A stretch of DNA of 63,825 nt, the filler included, from Choristocarpus tenellus KU-1152 (taxonomy: Eukaryota; Protista; Phaeophyceae), in NCBI GenBank assembly GCA_964200185.2. It is 12 parts of 12 records of this genome, joined end to end, with 100 filler letters (N's around TTAATTAATTAA, not from the genome) between each part and the next. Parts side by side here need not be neighbours in the genome. Positions count along the whole stretch, not along the records: positions 33,085 to 36,747 come from CAXNAD020018651.1; positions 36,848 to 40,966 come from CAXNAD020016118.1; positions 41,067 to 46,578 come from CAXNAD020010559.1; positions 46,679 to 55,431 come from CAXNAD020004365.1; 8 more parts are not named here. One strand, 5' to 3'. Positions within the stretch are counted from its first letter, which is position 1, and the number at the start of each line of letters is the position of its first letter. A model generated the notes under the pieces. The model was given only the letters and a program-made list of their open reading frames with translations. It was not told where the DNA came from and did no database searches. This document shows positions 34,600 to 48,438 of the stretch, one piece after another. A program made the translations under genes and the position numbers.

Positions 34600-36700
34600 T
34601 ATTCGTTTTTTACTTAGACTCAGTGATTGTACATTACCTGTTGAAGCTTTGGTGATTCCACAACTTGGTCCTGATAAAATACTTACCGATAATGGATGGG
34701 TTCTGTGCAATCCTTGCGGCAACAACAATGTATTTTGTTCCACAACAACTCATGTACCATTGCAGCAAGCTATCACACGACAAGGTAATTCACGCACAAA
34801 ATAAGCGTCACAGGTGCTACTCCTTTGTGTTCTGTGGTGAGTGTGAAACATGATTTTGACCCGGCACTTGTCCGTTTGCATTAACAATTACAATCTACCA
34901 GCTGGTCATGAAATCACCATTCGTTGCACGACTGGTGAAAACCCATCCCTTGATACCGTTGTTGTAATGGGGTGGACTAGAGAATCCCCTTGTCTTCAGG
35001 GACCACACCAGTGCTGGGGAACCAACCCTGGTATACTGCTTCTTCAAATGAAGTAAACCTCGTTAACCCTAAACTGAGGGCTATTCTCCACAAATTGTCA
35101 AGGATAGGGCCAGGGTCAGGTCCAGGGTTAGGGTCAGGATAGGGTTAAGGGTTTTCGAAAGTATGTGTGAAAAAGCGAAAGCGGTGGATCATTAAGAGAT
35201 GGCGGTTCCCCAGTACACACAATACTGTTGCATCCCTTCTATAATGTTTCCTTGGCTATTTAGGGACATTTTTCACACACAACGGTAGGGGTTAGGGCTA
35301 GGTTTTCGGAAATGGGTGTGAAGAGGGGAGGAAAATAGTAGAGTTATGGTTCCCAGAGATAGGAGGTTCCCCTGTGCACCACAGAGGGCAGGCAATTAAA
35401 CATTCCGTGCCTGCGTTAGACCAACACAATGGACCAGAGAATCCATGGAACAGTATTGCCTTTTGCTCGACCTCTCAGGACTTGGTCGTCAGTTCATAAT
35501 TAGTATTGATTCAGTTGGTAAAAAGGACTATGCATAGGGTTTGTCTCAAGAAAAACCTTGCGATTGACCACTTGATTACAATCTCTGATCAAATTTTCAA
35601 AACAGTCAGTGCTCTGAATACTGAGTCTGGCTCGTTTAGTGGTGCTATAGAGGAGTTCACATCAAGCGTCCAGTAAAATAAATACTTTCAAAGACACCCC
35701 GCTCAATTGATTGCAAGTGTCTCAAATACCTGTGTGCTCATTAGAGATCGTTATTTTTTTTCTGCAGCAAGAACCAAGTGAATGCATTGTAGTTGAAGTT
35801 CCACGGAGTCTGGTACTAAGCCTCTTAACAGGAACCTGTACAGAGCAGCCCCTCGTACTCAGGAAGTGATAGGCATGTCTGTTTCACTCTGGAAGAGCAA
35901 GGCATCATTGAAGTACGTGCCTGCTCTCGGGATAGTGCTGTCACCATCACAGCCAAGTTTGATGGCATACACGTTTCTATATAGACTACCACTTGACTAT
36001 TGACAAAGATCTTGTTGGACAGACTTGGGCTGCACACCTGATGAGGAGTCATATCTTGATACCGTGATTGGTGCCAACTGTATCAACTTTTTATTATATT
36101 TTGAGTGCGTATTGGCAAATGCCGGTTACTTAAGCTGATATCAATGAGAGAGTCTTTCGTCACTTTCAAAGGCAACCTTTTTTTACGAGAGAATGCAGTT
36201 TGGGATATCAATTGCTCCCCGGCATTTTCCGAGAATCGTTCTCCCTTGTCAATTTTGGCCCACTTATTGGGTTCACTCATTCACATGGATGGTATAGTTG
36301 CTTGTTCCCCCATGTGGGGAGGGGAGAGGACATTTCCACTTACTAGAGCAGCTGTTCAAAGCCTTTCGAGTAGGTGGTTTAACCTTGATACCGCCAAAGA
36401 TTCTACTTCAGGCTAAGGAAGTAAGATATTTGGGTCACGTTTTGTCGTCTGAAGAGATACATATTGGTGAAGAAAGGGTTCATGCTGCTATCAATAAATC
36501 ATGTAAATCCACAGCTATCAAGAACTTCGATCAGTCCTGGGAATGATTGGTTCTGTGGTTAAATTTATACCCAACCTAGCCACAATCAGCAAATCGTCAC
36601 CTCATCCTACCAAGAAAAGTGTTGGTAAGGAAATGGTTAATGAACGAGGAACGAACCAGGATGTGGCATTATGCCAAGTGAAACAATTACTTGTGCAAAA
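34600..36700 (+). mobile_element. Decayed Ty3/Gypsy pol fragments
   Basis: LSAYWQMP, FGISIAP, degenerate YxDD (HMDG), VRYLGHVLS and KFIPNLATI across frameshifts. Confidence 0.8.
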
Positions 36701-36989
36701 TAGGACAATAGTGAAGTGTACCTTATTTTGTGTATATGAGATTATTGNNNNNNNNNNNNNNNNNNNNNNNNNNNNNNNNNNNNNNNNNNNNTTAATTAAT
36801 TAANNNNNNNNNNNNNNNNNNNNNNNNNNNNNNNNNNNNNNNNNNNNGCAAGTGCACTTTCCTGTTCAGGACCCAAAATTGACACCCTGTTGTAGACCCC
36901 CCCACCCCTCCCCCCAGATATTTTCAGCCTTATGCTACTGCAGCAACAGTAGTGCGCTCTGTGACATAACGGCATGTTGCGCTCTCCAG

Positions 36990-37481
36990 GTGATGACCCA
37001 GTTCAACGGTGATGATACCCCAATAATCACTGCCACTGGAAACATTGTCACAGCAGAGGAATTCACCTCGGACTTTTTGGGGGGAAAGTACGAGTTCTCC
37101 AACCGCTGGTAAGAGATGGTGTGCAAAAGTACAGTTTTTTGTTGTACGGACTATATTATTTGCATATAAAGCAGAGAGTTACATGCGCCTTAACAACCCT
37201 CATGAGCCCATTCTCTGTTTGATTTCTCCTGTGTTCAGTAAAGAATTAGACTTATGTTTGCAACAATGTTCAGTAAGGAATTAGTCTTATCTTTGCAACA
37301 TTTTTTTCTCGCCCCTCATGCAGATACTTCTTTGTCCTTCCTCCCTTTCACACCATCCTTCACCATTGTTTGGGTGAAATCCTCAAAAAGGTTTGACCTA
37401 ATGGCACTTCTCCTTTTCATCATAGCTGTGAGACTGGGTTATACGTATGCAATCAAGTACATCCGTCACATTACACGGTAA
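36990..37481 (+). CDS. ABC transporter G family (PDR-type), last two exons
   Basis: Exons 36990-37108 and 37391-37481 join in phase (TG|G = W). The peptide VMTQFNGDDTPI..TAEEFTSDFLGGKYEFSNRWFDLMALLLFIIAVRLGYTYAIKYIRHITR* is the typical PDR C-terminus. Confidence 0.82.
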
Positions 37482-38049
37482 GACGGGAGTACAACCTGCA
37501 AAGGGAGCGCTGAAATCATTGCATTATGAACTCGTGTGGTCATGTTGAAGGGTGCTGGTGAAGAGATCCCAGGGGCACTGCAGACATCTGGTATTCTCTC
37601 TGCAAGAGGGAGTGCTCAACCAACTGGCTCACCAGTCTGTACATCGGGGTGTGTAACTTGATAGTGAGTTTTGTAATCTACTTTTCTTGTGTGTGTTGGT
37701 GTGTGCTCAAATTGTTTGGTTGGGTTTTGATAGGTGGCACTAGATTTATAGGGGGGGGAACTGGATTTAGCTTTTCAGTTATCTCGTACTCCATGGAAAG
37801 TTTTTCTCAAATCCTATGAGATGTGCAAGGAAATATTTAATATAGGTAAAATAATATTATAAGGCATTGTTGCCGGTTGCTTGCACTGTAAAATATTACT
37901 TAGATGATCGATACTCTAAATTTAATGTATGTTGTCTTTTGATTAGTGGATGAGGAGATGTGGTCATTTGAATGGTATATCGATAGCACTCGTTGGTGTG
38001 GTTATTGCATGGAAAATGCAACACTACCTATAGTGCATCTTTCTGACCG

Positions 38050-39600
38050 TGCCAAAACTTGTCATATTCCAGACTTGCATCTTCATCGGCTGGAAGAGCC
38101 CCATGACACATCCAAATTGTAGAGAGTGAATGCTGCTACTTCAATAATACGAATTATTGTATCATTTTATCAAGCATTGTTGCAAGAACTGCCAGTAAAT
38201 AATAGTCCCCAGGACTTGCTGGCAGCAGGCAGCATTTGTGCAACCTGAAGACATTTCCTCATCCCTTGTATAAAATTATATTTCCTCTGTTCTCTATAAT
38301 ATGACCACTCAGTCGTGTTTCATGATACTTTTTGTTCAATATGTTATCAATAATGTTTGGAGATGGTGCTAGCATCAAAGAAGGAATTGTGGGGCTCTTC
38401 CAGCAACTGTAGCTACCCACCACTGGCATCGTTTTTCTGATCGATATATGGTTTGAGGACAGGCTGCCCAAAGCATATGACTAGTATTGAGAAGCCGAGT
38501 TTAGCATTTTGAGTCGCGTAAGGATCTCATCTTCAGCTTGAGATGGAGTGTAGTTGTCATCAGCTTCCACGTGCTTCCTATTTCCTATATACACGATTAT
38601 AGACTCTTAAACCAAATCACTATTCCTGGTTTGGTAGCGTCTTTGTCACTCGCTATGTACGTGATTTTTTTCTACATGATTGCAACCTGCGCGACCTCTT
38701 CACCTTCAATATTAGTATCTCCTTGAGGCCCTTTGGGGACTTGCTTTTCTTTGCTTGTGCCCTGCACTACACACCAGGCAGGCGAGAATTTATTGGGGAT
38801 ATTTGGCTTGGTTTGTACTCCAGAAAAGCTGCCTATGCGTCATCCCAAGAGCTCCACTCTGCTTTCTAACAATATTTGTACAGTACTTCGGAGTAGCCAA
38901 ACTGTGGATAGTTGTATCTGTTGTCCAACATTGTACAATGATAAGGAAGGCTGGTTGGGTTGGAGGAGTTGTAGAAGTAGAGGTAGCACATACATGGAGT
39001 TGACTTCAAGGTATGTGCGCAAATTGATCCAATAAAACTATTCCACTGAAAACTATTGTGTGCCCTGATGTCAGAAGGGACACTACTGCCATCAGTTACC
39101 ACAATATAGAATTTTAAAATGTTGTAAAAGACTTGTTTAACCGCGCCAGTATAGATTCAAGAAGGCACCTCCCAAATTTGACTTGATCCTGAAGTGCACT
39201 GTAGAGTTGGGGGGATGTAGGCACTATTATCATCCGGCTCTAACCCTAAATAACTTTGAAGTACCTACATAAAAGAGTTTTGTTGTGGGGGGTCATTCTG
39301 ATGCTGTCGTTAGTTATTGGAGAGTTCCTTATCACAGTGCAACTAGTGATTCATTTAACACCACATTAAGTGAAGTTGCAGTGAAAAGGCGAAATTTCTT
39401 CGTTGATATGGCTAAGTTATCTAGGGCTATTTTAGTCCTACAGACTGTTGATCATTCTGGATTTCAATCTTCGATAGATCAGCTCGAAAAACCTTTAATT
39501 GTAGAAGTGTAGTGTTTCCGATCACCTCGAAGAATTTGATCTTCAGAAGAGATACTGAGATGGAGAGTTGGCTGAAGGCATCAAATGCCGCATGTTATGT
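38050..39600 (-). mobile_element. Decayed hAT-like transposase relic
   Basis: Minus strand VTDGSSV...ICAHTL resembles the hAT VTD..../C..H.L motif. The frame is otherwise broken and the boundaries are approximate. Confidence 0.4.
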
Positions 39601-41553
39601 CCATGTTGCACTCAATGTGTTAAATTGGATCAAGCTCTCTGTAGGCATCAGAGAGAAATACAACAGTCCACAGATGCAGACGAATCCAAGGTACAACCCC
39701 AACTGATCCCCCCTGTCCTTCCACTTCAAAAACTTTTGAGATAATTGCAAATTTTGTAAACATCTACGGAATGGCTGTCAATAGTATGTCCCCATCCCAT
39801 TGGGATTACCTATCTTAAAACAAATTAGATCATGAAGACATAGATATGTACACTTCAGATGACCACTTCATCGAGCATTGATTTAGTTCATCACTGGATA
39901 GCACTGTGAACTATTGGTAATACTGTAGAGGGTGTATCAAACCCCTCAACAAGTGGCGGTACCCCCATAACATTGCCTGCATTTGATCTGGTACACTACT
40001 GCCGTTGTTGAGGTGCAGTGATACTTCCATTGTCTGATCCAAGCTGCAGCAATGGTGAAATTCTTCCTCCGTTCATACCACTTTCACTGGAATACAATGG
40101 GTGCCTGTGTCCACTTGCTGATGATAAAAAGAGGGGGCAGAAAGCAGCTTTATGGGTGAATTTCTCTGCAAGCAGGAAGATCGATTGATCTCAATTTCGC
40201 ATTAGAGAACATCTAGAGCGTATGAGACACTGCAAAAAAGGTGTCCGTCTCTCCCTCAGGAGTATTTGGACCTGGAAACCTCACAGTTACCCCTTTGTAT
40301 CTCCTGCGCCATGTCATAAGTACATGGTGCTAATTAAATGGTTACGATCATCAGACCACCTCTTCAACGTGGCATCCAATAGAACTCCAAAATGTAGTCA
40401 TCAATGTATGATGTGTGGTAACACGTGGGGAAAAAGATAAAGGCAAAAATTAGTCCAAAAGAGAGAGAGGAAACAGTGGTGTATGCTTAGCAGTGGTTCA
40501 TCAGTGTGGGAAAGAATATTATCATAGTTAGGAGTACCAACAGACATGCAAATAAGTCAATTCTAACACAGTTTGATTTTTTACTGAATGTACAACATTT
40601 TGTGTCGCAACCGCGGAAGGTGTTCTTATGAGACTGAACTGTTGTAATGGATCCATAATGTAGAGTTCCCAGAGAGGTAGATGGATGCAAAGGGTGAACT
40701 CATCCAATACATCAGAGGCCATAGTTATTATGAAGAGGACAAGTGATAAACCAACTTCCTATAACATGCAATATTATCATACTTCATGGAAAGATTCAGG
40801 TTGGGATGATGACAGGTAAATCATTGCCTCACCTGACAAACCTCTTCGCCCTAGGGATGCCCCAGCTGTTCGTGGCCTTGATATCCTAGCTCTGGCACCA
40901 GCTCCTCCCCCCCCTCCAGTGATTTTGTGTCCTTTTTTCCTCCCCTCTTCATTCTGAATCCTGGAGNNNNNNNNNNNNNNNNNNNNNNNNNNNNNNNNNN
41001 NNNNNNNNNNTTAATTAATTAANNNNNNNNNNNNNNNNNNNNNNNNNNNNNNNNNNNNNNNNNNNNAGTAGAAGTGGGGTGGGGGGTCAAGGTGGTGGGG
41101 GGGGGGGGTGGTTTGTGAGGGGGCGTCTGTTTCGGTCAAATAATTTCTTTTCTTACTGACATTTCAAATCCGACCCGTGCGACCAATCAGACCAAAAAAG
41201 TGAAAATCGAAAAAAGGGTGAAAAACGGACGCCGACACCCCCCCCCAGATACTTTGACCCTGCAGCATACTCTAAAGAGGTTAAGAGGTTGGGACTGCAT
41301 GATCCTATCAGCGATAGAAATTTGATATGAGTTCGAAGTGAAACAAGCAGTGACCACCAATACAAGAAAACCGACTTGGGATCTCCAGCAGACTCAGTAA
41401 CTCAGGTGAGGACATGGACGATTAGGAACCCAAAGAGGAAGGAATACAAGTGTCCTTGTCACCGAAAAAATATATATCTTGCAGAGTCAGACTCCCTCCC
41501 TATCCCGTCCAGCAGTTCTTTCCACCATAACTTGTTTTCGCTCCCCTTCTCAC

Positions 41554-44500
41554 CATCTTCCTCTCAATGCTGACATCCTCAGCTAGGTTGATGAGAACGT
41601 GCAAGCTGACGAAGAGCAGCTTATCCTGCCTCTTTGTCTGCACCTGAACACTCCCAACAACCCGAACAGCAGAGAGAAGGAGATGCACAGTTTTTGAAGT
41701 CCCGAGTATTTGATGAGTGTCACTTCACTTCTCTTCACCTCCCTTACCCCCATGTCAAATATAAAACCAAAAAATAGTCTGGACAGCACCACACGCATAG
41801 AACAAATAGTCTAGTACCTTCCTTGGCACAGGTCACAATAGGTGACAGCAGCCTTGATTGCAAAAACAAGGATATCTGCTGAGGTGACGAGGTTGCAATA
41901 ATGGGTAGGGATAGACCAGCAGTATGCATCTGTAATTTATATTCTGCGGGGGCCTGGTGGGCTTGTCAGGGTGAAGTCTTGAATTGGTGACACACATGCG
42001 CCAGTCTACTGAACGGACAAGCACTCTAGGGTAGGGGACTAATGCGAAAACTCATGTATATGATGACTGCATCTACCTTCCACGGACAGGCTTAGGGCAC
42101 CAGAAGGAATAGGCATCTCTGGAAAAGTGCAATGCCAAGAGCAAACCTTTGGTGTGCATATAGCCCGACATTCAACAGTAGTAAATAACGTTATGGCTCA
42201 GAAGTGTAGAGAGGCCTCTACTTCAACGCTGGGATAATATATCATCTTCCTTTTCTTAGCCGTAAGGGGTTCCTCTTCTTGGCCTACAATCCAACCATGA
42301 AAGTGATTGACATGTTTTTGTAGTACAGAAACATCATCACCTGGAGATTCACAGTCAATGCTACCTACTTGCTTTGCTCACCTTAAGCTTTGCCTCCTCC
42401 CGGTTAGCCTTTTGTTTGATAGCTGTAGCCTGTCCCCCATCCCCTGCCTCCTTGAGGGCCCGGTCTACCTCTGCAGCCCTCTTCCGCCTCTCTTCTTCCC
42501 TGCGGCACTCGAGAAAAAAATATCACAGCTCAGCAGGCTAGCGAGATATTGACCACCTGTGGTAAAAGTGTTGATCTAGGAGGGAATAAGATATTTGGTT
42601 GCGGTGTCTGTTGTGAAAGAGTGGAAGTTTTTGAACTGCTGGCTCTATTAGAAGTTTGTTTGAGATAGGGGGATCACACTCTTTCAGACATGTGATCTTT
42701 GTAGAGGTATTGTTTCGATGACAATAGATTGAACTAAAGCAGCTGTATTAGTTACCAACTTGGTAACAGGCATACGAAACGCGGTCTTAAGTAGCTCTTC
42801 ATCTCAACCCAACCTCCACCAACGATATATTTGCATATCCCCCAGGATGTCTCTATATATCTGTCGTACTCAAGTCTTTCTGGTATTTTTACTGCACTTG
42901 ATACTTAGAACAGTTGGGAGGAGTGTGCCTTTCCGAGGTTCCTTTTGAGTGAAAGTATCTTAGAGGGTAGGAGTTTTTCCCTGTTTGTCCGTTTGGGGCT
43001 TGGCTTCCCACGGGGTTTTTTATTACATTTTCTTACTCCAAAATGTTTTTAAAGTAGGTAAAATGTATACGTTATGAAAAGGTGTGTCCGAAACAAGGAT
43101 ATTGACACTTCCTAACAAGCACAATAGCCAAAATTACATCAAAATTGCAACATTAGATTTTAGCCCCCGAATGGAACCAGCTCTACCCTCTAAGATACTT
43201 TGACCCTCTTGCTGCATAAAAACAAAAAATCCCAAAATATCCTGCGGCCTAACCCTAACCCTAAGTCCAACATCCAAATCTTAGCCTGACTTCTCCTCCT
43301 AACCCTAACATAAAAACACGAAACGCCTAAACTTGGTTTGTACAATCAAGTACCTGATACTCACTGATAATACGCCATCCGTATTTCAAAGGACTTCTCT
43401 CAACTCTATACTCAATCCTAGTCGAGTTAGTGCTTTCTCTCTGCACAGCTGAAAAAAAAATCCCCAGTCACCTGTGCTGTGCCCTCTTCACTTCCAGCTC
43501 AACGATCTTGAGGGTAATGCTCCCCACACGGTAGGTGGATAAGATTGGGTGCATTTCCATGAAGTTGGACAGCGCCTGACAGAGGGTTTGATCAAAATTT
43601 AGTCGCCTAGTATGGGGAACGGAATCTAAGTGAATGTTGTCAAGGTCAAGTTGGGTACAGATTTAGTTGTCTTGTATGGCCATTAAACCAATCTTTCATA
43701 ACGAGCGAGGTGTGGCAGATGATTCCATCCATAAGCAAGTACACATGTTTGTCCGTGTGTGCACTTGAGAGGGGGGGGAAGAGCAAAAGTGAGGACATTG
43801 ACAGGTTTTTGGAGATTGGAAGCTTATGGGGCATCACAGACCAAAGGATTGGTCCCACTCCTTTGAACAATCGCCAGAAATAATTTGAAGCACAAACCAA
43901 GTTTCACATTGCCAACACCATGTTTTTGCAGCCTTTCTAGACATGCTGCGGCAGACAAACACACGGAGAGTGAATGCAGAACAATTCCTCAATTTTTTTG
44001 GTATTTCAAAGTAGGTGGAGACCTTGCGGGGCATGCAAAGTTCGAGGTGTAGGTGACAAGGTAAGTTAAATTCCTTGCCCCCCTCTTATTTGTTGGCAGT
44101 ATCATTATCTAAGATGTGAAGCAACTAATGGCAGTAATTTTAAGCTGCTCCTTTCTACTCGGTAAAATAAAATAATAACAAAAACATTCACTTTCGTTTG
44201 AATGATTGTATTTATTGTATGTATATGAGACAGAGAGACCCTTTACTGTATGTATGTGCTATTCCCAATCCACCACAACACCCTTGTGAGCAGTGAAGTT
44301 GTTTCATACCAAGAATGCCCGCATGATGTTGTAGCACAGTTCTACGCTCTTTTTGAACTCCTCATTGAGGACTCGGGTAAGTGCCCCCATCAAAGTATGG
44401 TCCTGTCGGAGCCAGATGGAAATCCGTGAGGGAGTGGTGGGTGGGCGGGTGAGTTATGCAAGAGATGAGGGGTGGAACTGGTCTGGTGTGGTAGTTGTAA

Positions 44501-45214
44501 GAAACATACACCCGTGGGTTTGAGAGTGTACTGCAGTATCCACAATGGTGATCATGCCCATTAGGGTGGGTATGGGAATAGGGGACTTGGAATGAATCAG
44601 TTTGGATGCAACCAAGACAGCGAGATATATAGATGCCAGCAGTTCAGAGAACCAAGAAATTTGGAGTCAAGGGTATGAAGGAACTTGGTTGAACCCTCAA
44701 ACCTTTCGTGGAACCCTGAGAACCCAAATGACAAGCCTTGTTGTCACTCCAAACTACCGACTCAGTGCTGAAGCTTATTGTTTTTAGAGTACCAAGGGTA
44801 CAAACATACCAAATTTATGTGCTACTTTTACTGTTACAAACATTGAACTCATTCCAAGGGAGTCTAGTAATTATGTCCCTCCCAGTTCCCCTGGCACAGA
44901 CAGTCCTGCTACACAGAGCAGGTAAAAAAGTACAAGAACCCTAACCCTAACCCAGACCAAGAAACAAAAAAAAGTACCTTCATCCAGCCCTGACCGTCCA
45001 CAATCCTCTGCTAGACTCAAAAATTATTTCGAAATATTTTCTCTGACTATCAAACCAGCAAATGGTCTGCAGTCTGAACGAACACCAATACCGAATGGAG
45101 CAAGAGAGAACGTGATGAGAGGTAGCAGACCTGAATAAGGCTTTCCAGATTCGCAACTTTGTGGCAGAGTTTCAGAATAAGCGCAGTGCCCTTCACTTTC
45201 TTGCTCATATCATC
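41554..45214 (-). CDS. KAP3: Kinesin-associated protein 3 (kinesin-II accessory subunit, KIFAP3/FLA3), partial, 5 exons
   Basis: Minus-strand GT-AG exons 45214-45131, 44402-44310, 43575-43472, 42499-42382 and 41643-41554 join in phase. They read DDMSKKVKGTALILKLCHKVANLESLIQ-DHTLMGALTRVLNEEFKKSVELCYNIMRAFL-ALSNFMEMHPILSTYRVGSITLKIVELEVKR...KRQDKLLFVSLHVLINLAEDVSIERKM, matching recalled KAP3 (GALARVLREDWKQSVEL, LLNLAED). Confidence 0.92.
42947..43206 (+). mobile_element. MITE family A, full copy inside a KAP3 intron
   Basis: GAGTGAAAGTATC...GATACTTTGACCC, flanks TTTT/TCTT. Confidence 0.9.
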
Positions 45215-47598
45215 CTGAGGGAAGGCGGTCAGTTAGATAATGTAAGTCATCATGTCGTTTGTTGCTCAAGGCTACGCTTCTATTAGTGCATTCGTCATCT
45301 AGTGTAGAGGAGGAAGAAGTGTAAAGAGCTTGCTGCCACCTGCTCGAGAACTCGGAACAAGTTGGTCACACTAGCTACCTGGAATGTGCACACAATGAGA
45401 GTGAATAGCATTAGTGGGGTAGAGCATACAGAGATACTACAGCAACGGGCTGAGATCGTCGGATGTGGTGTGATGAGACTTTAGGAGACAATGCAAAGTG
45501 GACAATACCACCTCCAAAGCAGAGAGTGTGCTGTCTATTGCAGTAGAGGTGAGGAGGATGGGACAGGGAGGCGTGGTGCCACATTGGTGGTGAAGAAGTC
45601 AATCGCCCATCAAGCACAAGTGGAAGGGGAATAAATCAGTGACCGGAAGGTAAACATTGGGGTTCTGTTGTCTGGCATATCAACTGAGAACACGTTCATT
45701 GTAGGCTACCCCAACAGACCCAAAGGACAGGGGCGAGAGAGCAGGAAAACAAATGGTGGAGAAGATCAAGTTTTGGATGGCCTTGAACAAAGTGGTGGAG
45801 GAAGTTCCCACTAAGGACTAACTGTTTGTTCCTCTGAATGGAAATACCTGATCTGGAAAGAGAGGTGATAGGGGAGAGGATAGGGGCAGCTTGGTACTGG
45901 GCACTACAACCATGATAAACTGAGCAATGATGATGAGTGTCCCCCTGGTGAGGTATACAGAGATACAAATAAACTTGCACTTATCATATTGTTTTTCAGT
46001 TTACCAAAGGGCAACGGGTTTTGCACCTTCTTGTATCCCAAGGAGGATGGATTCCGTTACATTGACTACATTTCCACTTCTTAACCTGACCAAAGTCTCA
46101 TTCCAAATACAATAGTACACCCTTCTCTGGAGTTGAACCACCTTATCATATCGGTATTGGTTTGACTTCTCAGTTGATTTGCACCAATTGCCAGAAGTGA
46201 ATTCAGAAGGAGGGGGAAATGCTGCTCCACTTACTGGAGGCACTCTCCAGTCTACCCCTGAGGACTGCATTGCCAAATTATATTTTCGATAGGCTGATTC
46301 TTGATTAGTTTCAGTTCCTCACAACAACAAGAATCAACAGTGCGTTAAGTCCATGAATTGCACGATGCACAGAGATTGCTATAGCCACATTTCCTTGACC
46401 CTGGTACCAGTATCTGTTGCATGTCATGGTCATAAGGGTATGTATATCATTTTCTCTTTCTCAGAATTTATATGTCCTACTTCAAAGCATTTTTATTCTC
46501 TGCAGTATTTCGACTTATTCTATTTCGGAGTAAATGTAGGGCTCCAAGTATCCTGGGGGGGGGGAGTGGCGGCTGTACNNNNNNNNNNNNNNNNNNNNNN
46601 NNNNNNNNNNNNNNNNNNNNNNTTAATTAATTAANNNNNNNNNNNNNNNNNNNNNNNNNNNNNNNNNNNNNNNNNNNNACGCCGACACCCCCCCCCAGAT
46701 ACTTTGACCAATGCTGGGCACATAACCTCTCACCTCTTCTTTAGGCTGACTGATATGCTGGTCCCATACTCTCAGAACTCGTAAGCTTGATTGGTGTGCT
46801 GACCGCACACCATCAAACTTAGGCTAATGTTATCCTGATCACATATCCATTAATGCCTCGTTTATATATTACACTCCGTTTTGTATTAAAGGAGTCGTAT
46901 GATACAATTATGCAATAGTATATTAACAGTCACGCATGTTTTCCATTTTGCTCTCAGAGCTCACTTTTGGTTGACCTTGAATCATGCTTACATGGCTTCA
47001 AGACCGATCAGAAGGGGGGGTGACGTGGAAAGCATGTTTGTTTTAATACCGTTACACCGTTTGAGGTTTCCTTGTCAGGAATCCCCGATTCCAATGGAGG
47101 TCTTACGAATATTTGAGGTTTGGACATGTCTTTCACCAGAGTTGTCGCACATCAAAGAATCTCTTTATTATCACATCACGACCTTTTCTGACGATCCTCT
47201 CTCACTAGATCCCCAGTCTGTCCATCCTCAGAGTGTTTGTACAAGTTGTCTTGCACTTGTGCAACCTTAACCTCGCCCTCTCCATTACGGTTCGTCTCTT
47301 GGTTCGTCTGGTCCGTCTTGCACCGTTATTCTCTTCGCCGCCCTTACCTGAGTGAACCACGCCGCCACAGAATCACACGATTCACACATACACTTATATG
47401 TTCGCGTAAATGTGGATTGGACTGACATCAACTCCCTCCCAACAAAGGATCTGTTGCTCACAAAATAGATTGATGGGAAATTCAATTTATTTTATTTAGT
47501 ATAGTGAGTGAGTGACTCATCCAAAATATAAAATATGAGACTCAGAGTAAAGAAAAAATATTCCCTTGAAAGAAAAGAACACCATATTGTGGGAAGGT

Positions 47599-48438
47599 AT
47601 GAATTTTGCGAACGACATTATCAAGAGAACGATGTCAAGTGGGAATGTGCGCATTGTCGACAACGACGAACCGGCTGCGCTGTGGAATGATACAAAACGA
47701 TTTCCGTACGAACAAGCACACAATGGGGAGATGGATGCAATTCACCATTGGATAGGATATGGCCGAGATATAGACGCACCTTTTCCAGCGGAGGAGTGGA
47801 CTCCTCTGATGCTTGCCTGTGCCCATGGGAATACGGATCTGGCTCGTGTTCTTCTGGATTCAGGAGCCAACGCCGGTTCACGGGTCAGCACAACAGTTCT
47901 CTCGGGGCACTCTCCACTTCATATAGCTTCCCGCTACGGCCACACCAATATCGTGTCTCTTTTGATTTTCTCTGGTGCAAAAGTGGATGAGAGGGATCGG
48001 CACGGCTTGACCCCACTACACTACGCGGCTGGTAACGGTAAGAAGAAATGTGTTGAATTGCTTATTGCCACCGGGTCGTTACCTTCAATACAGGGTCCAA
48101 ATGGTTCAACAGCATTGGATATGGCAAAACAAGGTGGGTACGGTGATATTGTTGTCCTGATTCAGCGAAGTTTTGACAAGGGGCGTGAACGGACAATAAT
48201 GAAGGCATGGCTTGAATCCTTGGATTGTGAAGAATATCTCGCAAGATTTTTTTGCGCTGGGTATGATGATCTCGGATTCATTGTAGATCATGGTTTGACT
48301 CAAGGCGACCTAGACTGTATCGGGATACCATTGTGCAAACTTGGCTTAAGACGAAAGCTCCTGGCGCTACACAATGCAGCAAGTTTTATCGCCAGCGACG
48401 TCAAAGGAGAAGCTAGCTCTGTGGTTAATGCTCCCTAG
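47599..48438 (+). CDS. Ankyrin-repeat protein with C-terminal SAM domain, intronless
   Basis: Long open ORF with WTPLMLACAHG, GHSPLHIASRYG, GLTPLHYAAGNG and GSTALDMA ankyrin repeats, then WLESLDCEEYLARF..GYDDL..LTQGDLDCIGI...GLRRKLL (SAM). First ATG 47599, alternative 47632. Confidence 0.9.
   Translation: MNFANDIIKRTMSSGNVRIVDNDEPAALWNDTKRFPYEQAHNGEMDAIHHWIGYGRDIDAPFPAEEWTPLMLACAHGNTDLARVLLDSGANAGSRVSTTVLSGHSPLHIASRYGHTNIVSLLIFSGAKVDERDRHGLTPLHYAAGNGKKKCVELLIATGSLPSIQGPNGSTALDMAKQGGYGDIVVLIQRSFDKGRERTIMKAWLESLDCEEYLARFFCAGYDDLGFIVDHGLTQGDLDCIGIPLCKLGLRRKLLALHNAASFIASDVKGEASSVVNAP

Noticed and set aside
46001-46276. Possible additional upstream KAP3 exon
   Set aside because: The translation shows no recognisable KAP3 similarity.
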